A stretch of DNA of 64,000 bases from Massalongia carnosa (GCA_965645245.1 OZ287077.1:310001-374000); one strand, 5' to 3'; numbered from the stretch's first letter, positions 22,928 to 35,188 are shown. The notes: a model not told the origin generated them from the sequence alone. Translations and numbers: made by a program.

Positions 22928-24244
22928 CACGCGGGTGACAAAATAAATTGCAACGTGTAAGCGAATTTACCCCCCCTTTTTTATTCAAATTTTCATCTCA
23001 TCATCAACCATCATCTGCATAGCTGATAAAATTCATCTAAATTACATGAGATCAATAACCAGTCATCGCCCCCTTTGCATCTTTTACCTCTTTCAATCTT
23101 TTGGGCATGGATAACACCCTTTCATTGATAAATTCCTGACTGACTCGAGCCCATCCCTCCCTAATCAGCTGCTCCAAACTTGCATCGTCCCAATGAGGAA
23201 ATTTACGAACATGCTGCTTTGCGGGCTGCCAGCAATTTTCAATGGAGGCTAGATCAGTAGATGAAGCACAATTGAAATAGTGCTCTAAATCGTGATCTAA
23301 CTTCCACTTTTTGACCGCGTTTCGTGTCTTGCCCGTGCCATGACCAGAGTCTCCATCTTCTTCAAGTACGAAGTCATCTCCACGCTCCAACCAGGGCTTG
23401 ACAACGGGATCAAGAATAGCGTCAATATACACCTGATGAGTCATTTTTCCATTGCTATTGCTGGGCACATCGTAGAAGTAGATATCCGACTTGAAATTGT
23501 AACCAACTGCTGCCCAGCAGTGCTTTCTTTTACGATCTTTCTCAGGTGGTGCATCACGATGCTGAATACAATCCCAACGATATCTTGTTCCGGGCTTACG
23601 AATGATTCGTAACTGTCCTTCAGGCCCGTAGCCAAAATGAATCTCATCGCTGAATCGTACGCGATGCCAGTCTTCGGACCGAGGATATTTATTTAACATA
23701 ACTGTAGCAAATTCTTCTCTTCTTTCTTCTGATGCCATTGCCAGCCACCCTTTGACACAGGCTAGACATTTGTGATAATTCAAGGCAGCTGTAAGAGTTC
23801 TCTTCATTGTACGTCCCATCACGTCGGCCCCAATCTCCTGTGCTAAAGCATCCCATGTGTAGCGTTTTCCTTCCAATTGTAGATCTTGATCCTGCAGAAT
23901 GTGATCTGCCTCCTTCAGCTGATCATCACTAATATTTCGCTTTCGACCCCGAGTCTCAACGAGAGAAGAATTGTGACGTGTGCGAGAAGAAGCTCCGCTT
24001 TTGATGATGTTATAGCCCGCGCGCTCGGCCACGCCAAATTCCTAAAAAATGGCCCGTGGATCGAATGGAATTGCATGTGAGATGAGAAAGTGATAAGCTC
24101 CTTGAACTTTGGCCTTTGTGGGAGTATCATAATGAGGCTTTTTGGGTCGAGACATTGATGATGAGATAAAAAGTTGAAAAAAGGAGGGTGTTTTGATGGG
24201 GCATTCAGGGGTAAATTCGCTTACACGATTTTGTCACCCGCGTG
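22928..24244 (-). mobile_element. Tc1-like DD38E transposon without a TA TSD
   Basis: Inner IR CGTGTAAGCGAATTTACCCC and outer IR CACGCGGGTGACAAAAT; GGGCG on both flanks. Confidence 0.8.
23052..24157 (-). pseudogene. Tc1-like transposase (EEDGDSGHG type), N-terminal frameshift near 24035
   Basis: RFSDEIHF, WAAVG, LEEDGDSGHG...SSTDLASIENCW, SMPKRL...GAMTGY. Confidence 0.85.
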
Positions 24245-24250
24245 GGGCGG

Positions 24251-25250
24251 TGTCAAAGTGGCCATTACTAAGCGAGCTCGGCCCTCAGCCCTGTCACTCT
24301 GTATATAGTCATCTCCCTTTTCTGTAGTAGCAAGGAAGGTCTTCGCCCATCATCATCTATCTGACAGTTATGAGCCCGGTTGGTCAGCAGTGTTCCGTAC
24401 ACGTTCCGCTACCCTCATTTGATAGATAGAAAGAAGCCTTCCTTCACGATAGCTTGGCGGAAGCTATTGTGTCGTAAGCCATGTCATCCTTCTTATTCAT
24501 CACATCAGCCAGATACAACCACGAAGCAGATACGGGTCGAATAAGCAGACACAAGCCAGAGCCGACACGGGCTAGAGCAGAAACGAGCTGACATCGAGGG
24601 ACAACGAGCGGGGACGTCAAGCGGAAACGAGTCGGACACGAAGCAGAAACGAGCCATAGAGCAGAAACGAGCGGGACACGAGACAGAAACGAGCGAGATG
24701 TCGGGCAGAAACGAGACGATTACGATAAAGAAGAAGATGACACCACATCGAGCCTACGAAGGAGACGATCAATCAAAAAGCCCTTCGTGCAGGCCAGCAT
24801 TTATGGCTTAGCATCCACAAAGTAGCTACACTTCGGCCCCATCGAGGGGTTCTCACTAGCTCAGCCTGCGAAGGAGATTCAATCAAACAATCTTCAGCAA
24901 AAAGCCCTTCGTACAGGCCAACAGCAAAAAGCCCTATCTGCTACGTCCGCGGTAGGCAAACGTCCATAGTACTCTTCCCATCCACCCACGAGGTCTACGA
25001 ATGAGTGCTGGTTGTGGGTTTAATGAGGCTACAAAGCAGGACAGCATCGTCAAGGAAGAAACTACAAAGTCAAGGGATGCTCAATGTCAAGGTGACAGCG
25101 AGGCCGACAGCAAGGTCCTTCGCTCGAAGGGGTGTGTCAAAGTGGCCATTACTAAGCGAGCTCGGCCCTCAGCCTTGTCACTCTGTATATAGTCATCTCC
25201 CTTTTCTGTAGTAGCAAGCAAGGTCTTCGCCCATCATCATCTATCTGACA
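24251..25250 (+). mobile_element. TRIM-like non-autonomous LTR element, copia-type
   Basis: 116-bp LTRs (24251-24366, 25135-25250, 2 differences); PBS GTTATGAGCCC; PPT GAAGGGG; TSD GGCGG; no retroelement ORF. Confidence 0.92.
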
Positions 25251-26028
25251 GGCGGTCTACCTATCATAGTGATAAATTTATACAGAGGGCTGGCTGCCTG
25301 TACCTATAATATTATTAATAAATGCACCTAATTATTTAGTATGGGGAGGTGGCTTGTAGCTAGTCCTAATTTGGAATGATTTTCGTGGGGGGGACTGTCC
25401 CGAGTCTTCTCGAGACTTCTGGCACTCTGCTGCCTATTTTCTGTGCATTGGGTCCATCATTCTCCATCCATCCCTCCAATTTAAAACAACTACAGTCAGA
25501 CGGATTTTGAGTCATCCAGTTCTAAACTTCTGTGCTGCTCTTACCAAATCGCTGCAGTAAGACGGCTTTTTATCCTAATTGTCTGCTGCCGTGAGCATCC
25601 AAGATGCTTGGGATTTCCAAGGATTAGTTCTGAGGATCCAGCAATTCGGATGCTTTAGCGGATGATGGGATACTACTGCACTTTTTCCAATAACTCTAAC
25701 CAAACACCTGAACTGGATTGACCAAATCTTTAAGGGGGTGCGGGGTTTTCAACTACCGTGGTTTTGAAAAATTGTAGTCAGACTAGTCGAAGCGCTGCGT
25801 TGAAAGTAGAGTGGTTCTGTCTAATTATTTTGCCAATAGCATGTATTTATCCCGAGTTATGGTCAAGCTCCCATCAACCCTAATTGCTGCAATAACACCT
25901 TGTTTAGATACATGCAAGACCACTTTTCATTATTACTCCCACACCATTGGTACGTGTCTCCGAATAGAGATCTAATTATACGCAGCTTTCGAACTGATGG
26001 AACCAGAACCACTTGAATCAGAACTCAT

Positions 26029-27843
26029 TCAGTTCTGAGGCCGGTCCACTCCTTTTTCAAGGTGCCAACGACGCAGAAATCCGTCCAATGACCCAGCAGA
26101 TAGTCCTGGGAACGCTTTCGTCTTCCGCCGAAATGCCTTCTCGATCTCATACAACGATTTGCCCTTAGTCTCCGGCATAAAGACAAAACAGACAATGGCT
26201 GTAAGAAGTGTGCATCCACCAAATAGAAAATAAGCCCCATAGCTGCTCTTTGCCAACAGAATCGGAGTCGTAAGGGCTACTAAAAAATTTGTCAACCAAT
26301 TACTCCCGTGTGCGAGATTGGTAGCTGATGCCCGCGTTCGTTGCGGTTGACTTTCCGCCACGTAAATCCTTATCCCGACTGCCCAAGAAATACAGAATAT
26401 CGTCACGAAGATGTAGATCGAGATGATAACTACCCAACGACCTGCCCCGGAATTGCTGTGAACAGCATTTCCCGCGTAAAGCCCACCTATCAGAAACATT
26501 GTAACACTGAGTCCCAGACCACCGTAAATAGTACTATGCCGACGACCCCATTTGTCGGAAAAGAGGAGAGCGGGAATAGTCACGGTGAAAATAACGATTG
26601 CGGAAACCCCAGACGCGAGGAAGGAAGATTCCGAGGAGGCGAGACCGGCCTGTTTGAAAAGAAGCGGTGCGTACTTGAGATTGTTAGTAGGGTTGTTTCT
26701 GTGCAAATCATCTACGGGGAGGAAGTTTAACGAGCTTACATAAAGCACGCCATCGATACCGCTGAGCTGTTGCATACCAAGCAAGAAAACTGCCAGGCCA
26801 GTTCGCAAGCGTACATCCCGGGCGAAGACATCAAAGAAGCTATGTTTGGTGGCCAAGTCTGGGTTGCGTGTGGGTGAGGCATCTTGTTGGCGAGGAGAAT
26901 CAGTAGAGTCGACGAAGCTTTGGACTCGAACTATGGCTGCTTGTATTTCAATCTCAGCCTTCTCACGTTCTGCATGGCCAACGCCTAAGACGTCCCACGC
27001 GGCGGAAGCTTCGGCATGCCGACCACGAAGGATCAGCCAACGTGGAGAGGGAACAAGCCAAAGGGCTGATGCTATAACGAACAATATCGAAAAACAAGTG
27101 AGGATGATAAATGGGATGCGCCATGCGAGAGAGGACTCCATATTAGCGGTTCCATAACAGGTAAAAAACCCAATCATGAGACCGAAAGTGTTTAATAATT
27201 GAGGGCCTGCCGTCAGAGGTCCTCTTTGGTTAGGTGGTGAGATCTCGCAGATATACCTATTTGTTGTCAGCCATATTTATCCTGAATCTCCCATCGTTTG
27301 CTGGGGTTGCTGTGTCGCTTGGCATTCGAATATACCCCAAGAGTTGCGAAGCAACATAGCAACCGACAGCAGCAGATGATAGGATGGGGATTAACTTGCA
27401 CGACCAAGGTGCCTAGATATAGTCCTTCACCGATGCCTTCAATAACTCTGCCAACGATAAACATGGCAATCGTGACTGCTCCCGCTTCGAGAGCCGCTCC
27501 AAGGCCAAAAATCAGAGCACCGATAGCGATATTCTTTGGCCGCCCAAGTACATCAGCTACTTTTCCGGCGAAAAAGGAGGATACTGCAGCGGGAATCAAG
27601 ATTGAGGAGACAATCAATCCATGGACGGTAGCGGATTGTGAGCCAAAATCTGAGACATAGCTCTTCATAACGGTAACAGAGCCAATAATACCGGTGTCCA
27701 TCCTAGATATTACGTGTTATTAACTCTCCATATCTCGCAGGCGTATATAAGGGTTCATACCCGAAAAGAAAGCCGCCAAAAGAGCAAAGCATGCTGGCGA
27801 GGACATATCTTGGGGGACAGCGAATATGATTAGACAGAAACAT
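26029..27843 (-). CDS. MFS sugar porter; exons 27843-27761, 27702-27400, 27256-26740, 26673-26029
   Basis: GGFLFGMDTG, DVLGR, YICEISPPNQRG, WR...PSPRWL, QQLSGIDGVLYYAP, DKWGRR, PETKGKSL. Splice sites checked in frame. Confidence 0.92.
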
Positions 27844-28328
27844 TTTTCGAGATTCTAATCCGCGTTCTTCTCTCGTTGTTAAGGATTCTCTTTGGGAGTT
27901 CTCATATGTTTTGGCTTGTTAGGGACGTAAGAGGGGGGGATGTAATTGAGAAGTAATGGAGAGGCACCTCAGGTTTCCGTCAGCTGAGGAGCAAAAGAAG
28001 CAGAGACGGGGCCTGATAGCAATCGCACTACGTCAGTTATATGACGGATCATCCGTTAATGCTTATCTATCAGCTCCAGATAACGTGGATCCAAAGTCGT
28101 TCATTGTTATTTTTGTCTACGACGTTGCAATTCAAAGACGCGTTTCCATTTCGAAGTAACGTTACACGATTCAACGAGTCATCGACATTGAGAAAGTCAT
28201 ACAGATAGTTTTTATAGCTTCTTGTTAAAGTTTACTTAATGAAATTCAAAACTTGTTGATAACCGCCGGATTAAGTCAAGCGTGCATTTTGAAAATAATA
28301 TTAGATTCTGCAGATTTAACAACGAAGT

Positions 28329-28542
28329 TACACCGCACGACGGGTCCGTTTGAATCGGATTTCGACTAGTCGAAATCGAGTCGAAAACCCGATCCGAAAC
28401 TACAGGTTAGGTTTTGATTAGGGAAATCCAACCCGAATGTGGCGAATCCTCTGATATTCCACGTGCGGATTAGGTTTTGGAGTCAAACCCCTGATGAAAA
28501 ATCGCTATTTTCGCTCGAAAGCCCAACCCGTTGCGCGGCGTA
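28329..28542. mobile_element. hAT-type MITE, degenerate
   Basis: Ends TACACCGCACGACGGGT...ACCCGTTGCGCGGCGTA; TSD not clear. Confidence 0.65.
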
Positions 28543-29457
28543 GTCGAGTTATCCGTTATAATCCGTTCGATTAGACTAGCTTTTCATATCGAATATAATT
28601 TCATAAATGATGAATTTTAAATAGGTAACAGATGATCATGTAAATACAGAGGTAAACGTTATTCTGTGGGATTTTGGATGTTATTTTCTTATCTTATCTC
28701 TTAGCGTCGGGCTGTGTCGTCGAATCGAATTCGAGCGTCGCACATAACTAACGATGATCCGAGTGACTCAATCGGAATGTCCGAAATTGTCCAACGCGGG
28801 AGCTCGGTTGGGTCCAAACCCAACACGGCGGTCATCCTATAAAATCGTCAGAAAAAATCGACCGAGTCGAACGGTTCCAGCGGGTTTAACCCGAGATCGA
28901 TCCGCCAACCCGTCGGACTGAGCTTTACAGATTCCCTAACCCGATCCGTTGGGGGACTTCTGTGATAAGAATAGGTACGTGGCGTCGAAATGGGAAGAAT
29001 GTCGGTCGACATTCCTTCAGCTGTGCTATTCGCCGGGATTATTGTGTCAAGATGACCGGTTGTCCAAGGGAGAAGGCGAGGGAATTCTCGACCGCAATGG
29101 TAAGATGTCGGTGACACGGCCGAGTGTGAATGCGATGGACGGTAGAACAGCGACTGCCAAGAAGAGCAATGTGAGCGCTGTGGAGCGGTGCCAACGGTTG
29201 TGACTCCTTTCACTGCAGTTTTTCATTCCTTCCGATGCTTATCCTCAGCTCCTTGACACCGTCGGAGGTCACTAGTCAAGATGAAGGATTTGCCCAGAAA
29301 TCGCGAGATGATTCATGAGATGAGACTCGTATCAGCGAGGTTGCGAGGGTATTTAGTCCATTGCAGCCTGTCACGATGCTGTCTGCTTAATTTCAAGCAA
29401 AGTCTAGACTACTTATGATCACCTGATGCATTAGTTTACGATCTTTTACTCCTTGCA

Positions 29458-31089
29458 ATGTTTATGATATTATACTCTTTTTTTACGCTAGCGTCCCTTT
29501 ATGTGGTCCTACGACCGCTCATCACTTTCATCCGCGACGAGAAAGGCTTCCGCAAGTACCCTTTGCAGAATTGGTCATCTGGAATCACTGCTTTAGCCTA
29601 CGGCTGGGAGGTCGGACGCAAGCACGACGTCTTCCACTCGAGACGACTGCATGATGCACATATGAAGGATCCTGTTATTCGAGTCGGTCCCAACTGGCTA
29701 TCCTTTGGGAGCTCCCGCGCGGTCAAGGACATCTATGGCTACAACTCGTCGTGCAACAAGGGCACCATCTATGCGGCCTTGCAAGGTGGAGGGAAAAACC
29801 TTTTGAATATGGTCGACCGATCAAAGCACTCACATCGCCGCCGCATGGTTGCTGTCGCCTATGCCCCGAAGAATATTGAAGTTTGGGAACCGCATATCGC
29901 CGATTCGGTTGCCAGGCTGTTGAAGCAGATGGACGAAATGTGTACGGCCCCTCTTGCCCCCAAAGAATGTTTCCCGAAGAAGGAGGATCTCAAGTTTGAC
30001 GGCGTCCATTGGAGCTACTTGTTCGCCGTCGAAGCCGTGGTGAAAATCGGGCTCAGCAAGGACCTACACTTCACTGAGGCTGGAAAGGATGTTTTACCCT
30101 TAAATGGTGCCAACGGCACGGTCAGAAGCATCAGTGTCCGTGAAAGTCTCCGGGGTGGGTTGCGTGCAACGTCGACTCTGGTCTGGGAAACCAAATGGTT
30201 TTCGTTCCTCAAGAAAGTAACGCGCGCGCTGTCCACCAAGTACAGGGAGAACTGGCAGCATGGCGAAGATTCGACGGCAATACTGACACAGCTGGTGAAG
30301 GAGCGCATGGAACGATATAAAGAGGGAGAAATTCTTGACGACTTATTTCAGCCAATGATGGAAGATAAGAGCGGCGCCACGCCTGAGATCGACGATCAAG
30401 ACAGGATTGCAGAAACGGATCAGATGAGTAGGTCATCAAACCACGTGCTTGATGGCTGAAGACTAATATCTTTACTAGTTAATGGTGGCGTAGATGCTGC
30501 TGCAACCTCTCTTGCCTGCACGCTCTATTACCTCATCAAGAACCCAGAGACCCTGGAAAAACTACGAGAGGAGCTCGACTCCGCCCTGTCTCCTACCGAC
30601 AGCGTTGCTCCGTGGTCCAAGGTGAGAAATCTTCACTACCTCCGCGCCTGCGTCGATGAATCTATGCGTCTCTCCCCCCCAGTGGCCACCGATCTCGTCC
30701 GCCGCACACCACCCGAAGGGGCCAAAATCGATGGTCAAATGGTCCCCGGCGATACAGCAGTGTCAATCTCGGCATACACCGCGCATCGCGACCCTATTGT
30801 GTTTCCCGACCCTGAGGCATTCCGGCCCGAACGTTGGCTTGCCAAAGGCGACGATCGGTTGAAGGATATGCTCATGAGATTTATTCCCTTCAGCGCAGGC
30901 TCGAGAAGCTGTATTGGGCGGAACGTGACAAGTTTGACGCAACAAGTTTTTCTGGCAACGCTCTGCTATCGATATGAGTTTGCTTTACCGAGTAGAGAGT
31001 GGGAGATGAAGTGGGAGGAGTATTTCAATTTGTGGCCAGTGAAACTGCCATTGCAGATCTGGCGGAGAGATATACAGGCGTCGGCTTGA
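29458..31089 (+). CDS. Cytochrome P450 (benzoate 4-monooxygenase-like family by appearance); exons 29458-30427, 30479-31089
   Basis: N-terminal TM segment, IRVGPN, ExxR (DESMR), PERW, heme motif FSAGSRSCIG; GT-AG intron 30428-30478 with a CTAAT branch site. Confidence 0.93.
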
Positions 31090-32087
31090 GATGGGATTCA
31101 GATCACCTATCGAACGAGATTGCCATGCACGCTGCCTTCGGAGTTGGCAGAGTCCACTTTTATCCGCACCAAAACTACTCGAGTTATATAGGCTAGTACA
31201 GCTGAAGGAAGGGTCGCTATGAATCTTAGCGAGGTTATGAAGCAAGAAGGGATCGTAGATAGATTGTATTATTTGTGAGGGTTTAGTCGTCCGAGTTTTA
31301 ATCCCAACTGCTCTCAAAGTGGACGAATTGCTCACGGAGCCAAGGCTTTGGCCAAAGAACTCTAAAATACGTTTGCTATTTTCTTTCACCAACAGACTTG
31401 AAGGCACACAAAACGAAGTCCAAAGTCTCCGCAAAGAACCCCTGTGCCGTCTAAGGAGCATCTGCGCGCTGTCTATGGGAATGCAGAAGAATAGACTGAG
31501 TATGACAAGAGGCGGGAGGGGAGGCTGGTGTGGACGATATGCGTGAAGGATCCTCTCATTGAGGTGAGAAAAAGTTGGAAGGACTAGATTCAACTCACGC
31601 GCCCAGGTCCGAGTAGGTCGTGAGGCCGCCGAACTTGCGGACACTAAGCAATTCAAAAATCAAGGGGAGTGCTGGCTGGGGACAGCACTCGCATTCGATA
31701 TTGCTAGACCAATGCTTTTGTCTTTCCTCCAATATCAGATCAAGAAGTTTATGATTAAACAAATCTGTCACTACTTGAAACTCGCGAAGGCATTCAGATT
31801 CATCCTAATTCTATCCTCATCAACATTTATCAAATTATTTCAGAAAATTTACTGAACGAATAAACAATAGAATCAGTTATTCAACACAATATTACGTCGT
31901 GATGCTTTTAAAGGTTTAATCACGTTGATGTTCTGGCTCCTGCAAGATTTCGAGAGTGTAAGAGTCCAAGGGATTGTCTTTCCGTCGTAGGAGAATGGAG
32001 GCTTGACAAAGATGAAGAGCAGAATTCAGAGCGATTATCTTTGTTAAGACTCTGTACGAGATATTGATAAGTTATTGTAATTGAACA

Positions 32088-32625
32088 TACGTCGCGCAAC
32101 GGGTCGGTTTTGACTAGTCGAACCCGACCCGCTACAGGGTTGGGGAACCGATCCCGGATTTACCCGTTTGACCCGTTCGACCCGGTCGATTTTTTATGTC
32201 AATTTTAAACCTGTTTTTTTAGACATTTTAAACAATTCTGAAAATTCTGAAAATTCGTCATCAAGAAATAATGATTAGTTGTCAGGTCACGAATCGGTAG
32301 TTATAACCGATCTCTGATCTCCGACTAGGACATGGCTCGTGTTAGTATTCTTCTTTTCATTGTACCAATCATAATCACTATAATTAAATCAACGGACTCG
32401 TGACTCGAAGAAGTGGGGCTATATGATAAAGACCTGATCGCCCACTTCTTTCGCGGGGTCACTGATCAATTTATTGATTTACCACTCTCTAATCGTATAT
32501 TTACCACGAATCAATATAGTAGTCACGCTGTTAAAATTGACCCCTTACATTAGTAACCAAAAATATATCACTTTAAACGTTATATTTTCGTCGAATTTTC
32601 ATATTTAATTTGCAGAAAAATTTGA
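32088..32625. mobile_element. Left part of a hAT-type MITE (4717-5175 family), interrupted by a solo LTR and a gypsy element
   Basis: Starts TACGTCGCGCAACGGGT; colinear with ~4717-5028. Confidence 0.8.
32280..32549. mobile_element. Solo LTR
   Basis: TG...CA, exact TSD TTAGT. Confidence 0.8.
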
Positions 32626-32699
32626 TGTTACAGCGCCGCCGTATAAGGCTGATTATTACTAAGCCTGATGACTCAGCGGTACTGAACACCGTCATACTA

Positions 32700-34867
32700 T
32701 CCCTCTCGCTGTCATTCTAGCACCCCCCTCCCAAGCTAATCTATATTGGACTAGCTTCCGCACCGATGAGTCATCAGAACATTAGTTTTCTCTAGAGTGT
32801 TTGCGCGTTTGTTTACTTTTCAAAGAATACTATTCGGTCATTCAATCAAAATAAATCACATAAATTACTATTCTTCTAGCTTCGGAATTGATATTATAAG
32901 TATGACGCTCAATGAAGAAGAAATCCCGAGTGTATCAGATAAATCTCCCATTTCAGCGAAGCAACATAAAATAAATCGCAAAAGAAGTGTTCGGGATATT
33001 TTAATCGACCTTCCCCCTATTTCCTCAAAATATACCCCCATTCGGGTTGAAAACAGGCCTTTTGTTCCGCTCGTTGAAAACGATTCTCGAAATCCTTTGG
33101 GATTATTTCGGTTATTTATAACAAGGCAGCATTGTCGTATCATCGCAAATCATACCAATATCAAGGCAAATAACTACATGGAAAAGGAGAAGGAGAACAA
33201 TCATCGGGTTTGGACTGACACTACTGACTCGGAAATTGAGGTTTTTTTGGGCATATTAATTCTTATGGGACTCGATCATCTACCTGCTACAGAGGATTAT
33301 TGGAATCAACGTCCTGACAAACCAGTTATCATGCCTATTCTGTCCGCGATGTCGCTTGGTCGATTTCAACAAATCAAACGATTTTTGAAAATCAATAATG
33401 GACAGACTGACCCTTTCGGACTTGGTCAAGGACCTGATTGGTGGAAGAAACTGGAACCGTTGGCTACTGATTTCCGAAAGACTTCATTGAAACATTGCAG
33501 ACCAGGAAGTATGATATCTATAGATGAACAGCTGGTGTTATTCAAGGGCCGTTCTCGACATACCTTGCAGATTACTACAAAAAGTGCCCATAAAGGATTT
33601 AAAATCTACAGTCTCTGTCAGGATAATTATCTGTTGTCATTTATGTTTGCCTCGAAGAGTAGCAGAATAAGTGAATTGAAAACAGTCAGACAATTGGGAT
33701 TTTTGCCAAAAGATAAACTAACTCCTAGTGCTTTGCTAGTGATTCAGTTATGTAAAGAACTTCCATCCTCACTGAATTATCATCTTTTCTGTGATAATTT
33801 CTTTACTAGTACGAAATTATTCAAGGCACTTCGATCAATCGGAATAGCTGCCAGTGGAACTGCTAAAAAGGGCTCGGGCTTTCCAGAAGAATTGTTGGCC
33901 ATACGGGACGTCACTTCAAAAGGAAAAGACTGGGGTCTTCAGGCCCATATGGTGGTCGACGATAAGGTGCTTTGTATGGGCTGGGTGGATAATAATGGTG
34001 TGCAGTACATGACCACCGGTCATTCTCCTCAGGACTTGTACGAAATGCACTATATAAATCCGCACAAGAGATATGGAATTCCCGAGACCTCTCTTCAACC
34101 TATTGTATCGTATTTCCCATCAACTCTGGCTCACTCCATTCCCTTGCTCAATCAAGAGGTTCAACGGCCCTTAGGATTACCGATACCAGCCCCAATCAAA
34201 GAATATAATCTTCATATGGGGGGATCGGATGGAAACGCTCAGCAACGAGCGATTTACTCATACAATCGTCGAACGGATCGTTACTGGTGGCCTTTGTTCA
34301 TTTTTATTTTAGATGCAGCCGGATTGAATGCCTATAAACTTTACTCGCTGAACTCTTTCGATTCCGAGGAGATAAAATTTACTCGTTCTGAATTTCTTCG
34401 TCGGATTGCTCTTGAACTGATATCAAATCAAGCGGGCATCAGGCCCGGCTCATCAAAGATAAGCATCAATACCACGATTGATGCTTTAGTACCATCTCCC
34501 ATTCATTATTACGTTCGTCTTGAAGGCAGAAAAAGATGTGTGCAATGTAACGCCGAGAAAAAACGACCTTCAAAGCGGAAGGGAGAGCCACTGGCTGAAA
34601 TAAGTGTCGATGGGCGTAAAAGAAGGCGAAGGGGTGCTCAGACTATATGGGCTTGTGGAGGATGTAATCCAATCAGGCCCTGCTGTAAGAAAGCCAGCTG
34701 TTGGGAAGCTATTCATATGATAGGGGACGAGTAAATAGGTATCTGATACTCCGTACAACTTCTTGTGAATAGGAATAACATTGATTGGTCAAAAGTTTAA
34801 GGTTTAGCGCTTTCTAACCAACAATGGTTTAGCTTGGGGGGGGGTGCTAGAATGACAGCGAGAGGGA
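32700..34867 (+). mobile_element. piggyBac-like transposon, intact, with ~40-bp TIRs and apparent TA TSD
   Basis: TCCCTCTCGCTGTCATTCTAGCACCCC...GGGGTGCTAGAATGACAGCGAGAGGGA; TA at 32698-99 and 34868-69. Confidence 0.9.
32902..34734 (+). CDS. piggyBac DDD transposase
   Basis: SIDEQLVLFKGRS, GFKIY, FCDNFFTS, WVDN, YNLHMGGSD, WWPLF, and a C-terminal Cys-rich domain; uninterrupted ORF. Confidence 0.93.
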   Translation: MTLNEEEIPSVSDKSPISAKQHKINRKRSVRDILIDLPPISSKYTPIRVENRPFVPLVENDSRNPLGLFRLFITRQHCRIIANHTNIKANNYMEKEKENNHRVWTDTTDSEIEVFLGILILMGLDHLPATEDYWNQRPDKPVIMPILSAMSLGRFQQIKRFLKINNGQTDPFGLGQGPDWWKKLEPLATDFRKTSLKHCRPGSMISIDEQLVLFKGRSRHTLQITTKSAHKGFKIYSLCQDNYLLSFMFASKSSRISELKTVRQLGFLPKDKLTPSALLVIQLCKELPSSLNYHLFCDNFFTSTKLFKALRSIGIAASGTAKKGSGFPEELLAIRDVTSKGKDWGLQAHMVVDDKVLCMGWVDNNGVQYMTTGHSPQDLYEMHYINPHKRYGIPETSLQPIVSYFPSTLAHSIPLLNQEVQRPLGLPIPAPIKEYNLHMGGSDGNAQQRAIYSYNRRTDRYWWPLFIFILDAAGLNAYKLYSLNSFDSEEIKFTRSEFLRRIALELISNQAGIRPGSSKISINTTIDALVPSPIHYYVRLEGRKRCVQCNAEKKRPSKRKGEPLAEISVDGRKRRRRGAQTIWACGGCNPIRPCCKKASCWEAIHMIGDE

Positions 34868-35188
34868 TAGTCAGGTCAAGCGATGACTAATGGGACTGGA
34901 CAGAAGGTCTGAGCCCACGGAGGAACGTCCGCCTTAGTTGGCATAGTTGGCAGAGTACTGAAGAAACTCGACCTCGACTATTCCTACTGATCTATATAAT
35001 ATGGTGTTAGGCCCACCTAGATAGATCATCTTACAATTTAACTACTCCGTACTAAATTGTTCTACTCTTAACCCACTACACTACTCCTAGTCCAGAGTCA
35101 CTCTAACATATTGTAAGATCCATTACGACGAGTGGTCCAGTGGGAACTCTACCCTATCCTGTCGTCTCAACGACATTTATCCTCTATT

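Noticed and set aside
30985..31656. 223-aa minus-strand ORF
   Set aside because: Non-ATG start, overlaps the P450 3' end, no recognisable motif.
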